This document shows, in pieces, positions 29,079 through 32,000 of a stretch of 32,000 bases of DNA; the stretch's first letter is position 1, and the number at the start of each line of letters is the position of its first letter. Source of the stretch: Aquifex aeolicus VF5 (lineage in GTDB: Bacteria > Aquificota > Aquificia > Aquificales > Aquificaceae); NCBI RefSeq assembly GCF_000008625.1, contig NC_000918.1:120001-152000 (forward strand), given 5' to 3'. The position numbers and the translations under genes are program-made. Below the pieces are notes generated by a model. It was not told the DNA's origin. It did no database searches and saw only the letters and a program-made list of their open reading frames with translations.

Positions 29079-29123
29079 AAGGATAAATAATATATAGATG
29101 GATGAATAAAGGGAGGTGAAACC

Positions 29124-29639
29124 ATGAAAAAGTTAAGTGGTGTTTTAGCGGGAAGCCTTTTACTCATTTCCGCTTCCTTTTCTCAGGACCTGAAAGCTCA
29201 CGCGGAGCTTATAAATACAGAGGGAGAGGTCATAGGAAAGGCTGAGCTCATAGAAACTAACTCCGGAGTTCTTATAAAGCTAAATGCAAAAGGTCTACCA
29301 CCTAATGCGGAGCTTGCTTTCCACATACATGAAAGGGGAGAGTGCAAACCGCCGACTTTCAAAAGTGCGAAGGGACACTTTAACCCTTATGGAAAGAAAC
29401 ACGGCCTTTTAAACCCTGAAGGTCCCCACGCTGGAGACATGCCCAATATTTACACCGATGACAAGGGAAACGTAAGGGTTCAGGTTTTAAATCCCTTCGT
29501 AACATTGAAGAAAGGGGAGAAAAACAGTTTATTTAAAGAGGGAGGAACGGCACTCGTAATTCACAGCGGACCCGATGATTATAAATCGGATCCTGCGGGG
29601 AACGCGGGTAAAAGAATAGCCTGCGGGGTGATAAGGTAA
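29124..29639 (+). CDS. sodC: Cu/Zn superoxide dismutase with signal peptide
   Basis: 171 aa; '[25 protein letters not shown]', 'HAGDMPNI', '[25 protein letters not shown]'; SD GGGAGGTG. Confidence 0.95.
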   Translation: MKKLSGVLAGSLLLISASFSQDLKAHAELINTEGEVIGKAELIETNSGVLIKLNAKGLPPNAELAFHIHERGECKPPTFKSAKGHFNPYGKKHGLLNPEGPHAGDMPNIYTDDKGNVRVQVLNPFVTLKKGEKNSLFKEGGTALVIHSGPDDYKSDPAGNAGKRIACGVIR

Positions 29640-29719
29640 TTTCCTTTCCTCTTTATCTTTTAAACTTTTGTATGACCCAAATTCTCAAACTTCTTTTCCC
29701 GAAAATTTAAAATTTTCCT

Positions 29720-30274
29720 ATGGCTATCGATAAGGAAAAGATCAAGCAGGCTGTAAGACTGTTTTTGGAAGGAATAGGAGAAGATCCCGACAGGGAAGGA
29801 CTGAAAGAGACCCCCGAACGCGTTGCGAGAATGTGGGAAGAGTTTGAGAGGATGAGAAACTTTGACATGAAGTTATTTGAGGAGTTCGGGGGATACAACG
29901 AAATGGTTCTCGTAAAAGACATAAAGTTTTACAGTCTATGTGAGCACCATCTTTTACCTTTCTTCGGTAAAGTTCACATAGCGTACATTCCCGATAAAAA
30001 AATCTCCGGACTTTCCAAACTCGTGAGAACGGTGAGAGCTTTTGCCCTGAGACCGCAGGTTCAAGAGAGGCTAACCGAAGAGATAGCGGACTTTCTGGAA
30101 AAGGAACTAGAACCCAAAGGTGTGGGAGTAGTTATAGAGGCAGAACACCTCTGTATGTCCATGAGAGGGGTTATGTCTCCCGGACACCTCACGGTCACCT
30201 CAGCCCTGAGGGGTGTGTTTTTAAAGGACATAAAAACGAGGGAAGAGTTTTTAAAGCTCGTTAAAGGCGTTTAA
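29720..30274 (+). CDS. folE: GTP cyclohydrolase I
   Basis: 184 aa; '[18 protein letters not shown]', '[22 protein letters not shown]', '[14 protein letters not shown]', '[10 protein letters not shown]'. Confidence 0.98.
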   Translation: MAIDKEKIKQAVRLFLEGIGEDPDREGLKETPERVARMWEEFERMRNFDMKLFEEFGGYNEMVLVKDIKFYSLCEHHLLPFFGKVHIAYIPDKKISGLSKLVRTVRAFALRPQVQERLTEEIADFLEKELEPKGVGVVIEAEHLCMSMRGVMSPGHLTVTSALRGVFLKDIKTREEFLKLVKGV

Positions 30275-31173
30275 GGTATTGGAACCCTGCTTATGACTTC
30301 CTTTAAGACCGCTTCCGCCTTCACTCCTTCCCTTACCTTTATCCTGTGGGGAATTACGTACTTAAGTAAGTCCAGAACGTCTTCCGGGACGACAAAGTCC
30401 CTTTCCCTGAAGTAAGCCAGAGCCCTTGAGGCGTTCGCAAGGTGTATAAGACCCCTCGTGGAAACACCCAGAATAACCGAAGGGTGATTCCTGACCTCGT
30501 TTCCTATGTTTACAATAAACCTTGCGACTTCCGGGGAAACGTATATTTCCTTTACTTCGTTTACAGTCCTTATAACTTCTTCGGGGGAACTTAAAACATT
30601 TAGAGAACTTACCTTTTCCATGGGGTTTATCCCCTGAACTATCTGAACTTCGTCCTCTTCCGAAGGGTATCCCATACTGATTTTCATAGTAAACCTGTCG
30701 AGCTGAGCTTCGGGAAGGGGGTAAGTACCGTAATACTCAATCGGGTTCTGAGTAGCTATGACGAAGAAGGGTTCGGGGAGTTTGTAAGTATTTCCGTCCA
30801 CGCTCACCTGTTTTTCCGCCATAGCCTCAAGGAGGGCACTCTGAACCTTCGGCGTTCCCCTGTTTATCTCATCAGCCAGAACTACGTTACTGAAAATAGG
30901 CCCCTTTTTGAACTCGAATTCCCTTGTTTTCTGATTGAACACGCTGACTCCGGTTATGTCCGAGGGAAGGAGATCACTCGTGAACTGTATCCTGCTGAAC
31001 GAAAGTCCAAGAACCCTTGCCAGAGCCAGAGCTAATGTTGTCTTACCCGTTCCGGGAACGTCCTCTATAAGGAGGTGTCCGCCCGATAGGAGACAGACGA
31101 GAGAGTTTTTTATAACTTCTTCCTTCCCCTTTATTACTTTCGAGACCTCAGAAATTATGAGGTTTATGTCCAT
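30271..31173 (-). CDS. MoxR-family AAA+ ATPase
   Basis: 300 aa; '[22 protein letters not shown]', '[17 protein letters not shown]', '[24 protein letters not shown]', '[22 protein letters not shown]'. Confidence 0.95.
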   Translation of the reverse strand: MDINLIISEVSKVIKGKEEVIKNSLVCLLSGGHLLIEDVPGTGKTTLALALARVLGLSFSRIQFTSDLLPSDITGVSVFNQKTREFEFKKGPIFSNVVLADEINRGTPKVQSALLEAMAEKQVSVDGNTYKLPEPFFVIATQNPIEYYGTYPLPEAQLDRFTMKISMGYPSEEDEVQIVQGINPMEKVSSLNVLSSPEEVIRTVNEVKEIYVSPEVARFIVNIGNEVRNHPSVILGVSTRGLIHLANASRALAYFRERDFVVPEDVLDLLKYVIPHRIKVREGVKAEAVLKEVISRVPIP

Positions 31174-31205
31174 TGGTATAATTTTAAAAACAAGGAGGAG
31201 AAAAG

Positions 31206-32000
31206 GTGAACGAACTATTTCAAACCCCTCAGGTAGAAGCGGGAATTAAAGAATACCCCTTAATGCCTTTAAGGGACATAGTTATCTTCCCCACAATGGT
31301 TCAGCCTCTCTTTGTAGGAAGGCGTTTCTCAATAAGAGCTATTGAGGAGGCGAACAAAAAGGACAAACTTATATTCTTAGTTCTTCAAAAGGACAAAGAT
31401 GTAGAAGAACCTAAGGAAGAGGACATATACAAAGTCGGTGTGGTTGCCTACATATTAAGAACAGTTCCCATAGAGGACGCAAGAGTAAAGGTTCTCGTTC
31501 AGGGATTAAAGAGAGGGGTTATAAAGAAGCTCGAGTGGAAAGAAGACCACTACGTAGCCCAGGTAGACGTTATAGAGGAAAGGGACATCCCGCCCGAAAG
31601 CCAAACGATAGAGGACAAAGCCCTCATAAAGGCCGTAAAGGAATCCATAGACAAACTCGTCAGCCTTGGAAAACAGATAATTCCCGACCTCGTAGTTCTC
31701 ATAAAGGAACTCGAAGAACCCGGAAAGCTCGCGGATATGGTAGCCTCCATCCTTGATATAAAATCCTCACAGGCTCAGGAGATACTGGAAACTTTCGACC
31801 CCAGAGAAAGACTTAAGAAGGTTTACAAATTCCTACAGGACGAAATAGGACTCCTAGAAGTAAAACAAAGGATAAGCGAGATAGCAAGGGAGAGAATGGA
31901 AAAGGAACAGAGGGAGTACTACCTCAGACAGCAACTCAAAGCCATACAGGAGGAACTCGGAGAAGCAGGCGGAATAAAGGCTGAAATAGAGGAGTACACA
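31206..32000 (+). CDS. lon: ATP-dependent Lon protease, N-terminal part (runs off window)
   Basis: GTG start after [58 protein letters not shown]... '...[16 protein letters not shown]'. No stop before base 32000, so absent from the ORF track. Confidence 0.95.
   Translation, partial: [265 protein letters not shown]

Noticed and set aside
31154-31182. Possible lon promoter with TATAAT at 31177-31182
   Set aside because: The -10 matches well, but no convincing -35 was found at a suitable distance, so it is not listed as a feature.

Overview
The window looks like a chromosomal segment of a hyperthermophilic Aquificales bacterium. Gene content and order resemble Aquifex aeolicus; this is recalled, not database-checked. 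It is densely coded, often with 4-nt overlaps. No rRNA, tRNA, CRISPR array or IS element was recognised. Main blocks: (1) partial RelE-like end, then a coupled run of eRF1/Vms1-like (baeRF) protein, NYN-domain nuclease, RdgB/HAM1, and a divergent F1-ATPase gamma-like protein with an OSCP/delta-like tail; (2) KaiC/RadA-like ATPase on the minus strand; (3) nitrate/nitrite assimilation locus: NirB-type reductase fused to a NirA-type nitrite reductase, siroheme methyltransferase, TrpD2-like protein, globin, cyanase, fused NifI/PII pair, NarK/NasA transporter, NarB nitrate reductase, with two strong -24/-12 (sigma-54) promoters; (4) rpsO-pnp-dut followed by a GAF-type sigma-54 activator; (5) IorAB-type molybdenum hydroxylase whose 2Fe-2S subunit has an in-frame TGA; (6) a convergent NtrC-type regulator/PAS kinase pair next to a sigma-54 promoter with two phased inverted repeats, driving an exported flavoprotein-Rieske-flavoprotein operon; (7) guaA, sodC, folE, moxR-like and the 5' part of lon. 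Best candidates for new biology: the flavoprotein/Rieske/flavoprotein operon with its enhancer architecture, the gamma/delta-like fusion, the baeRF-NYN pair, the fused NifI2-NifI1 protein without nif genes, and the TGA-interrupted 2Fe-2S subunit.
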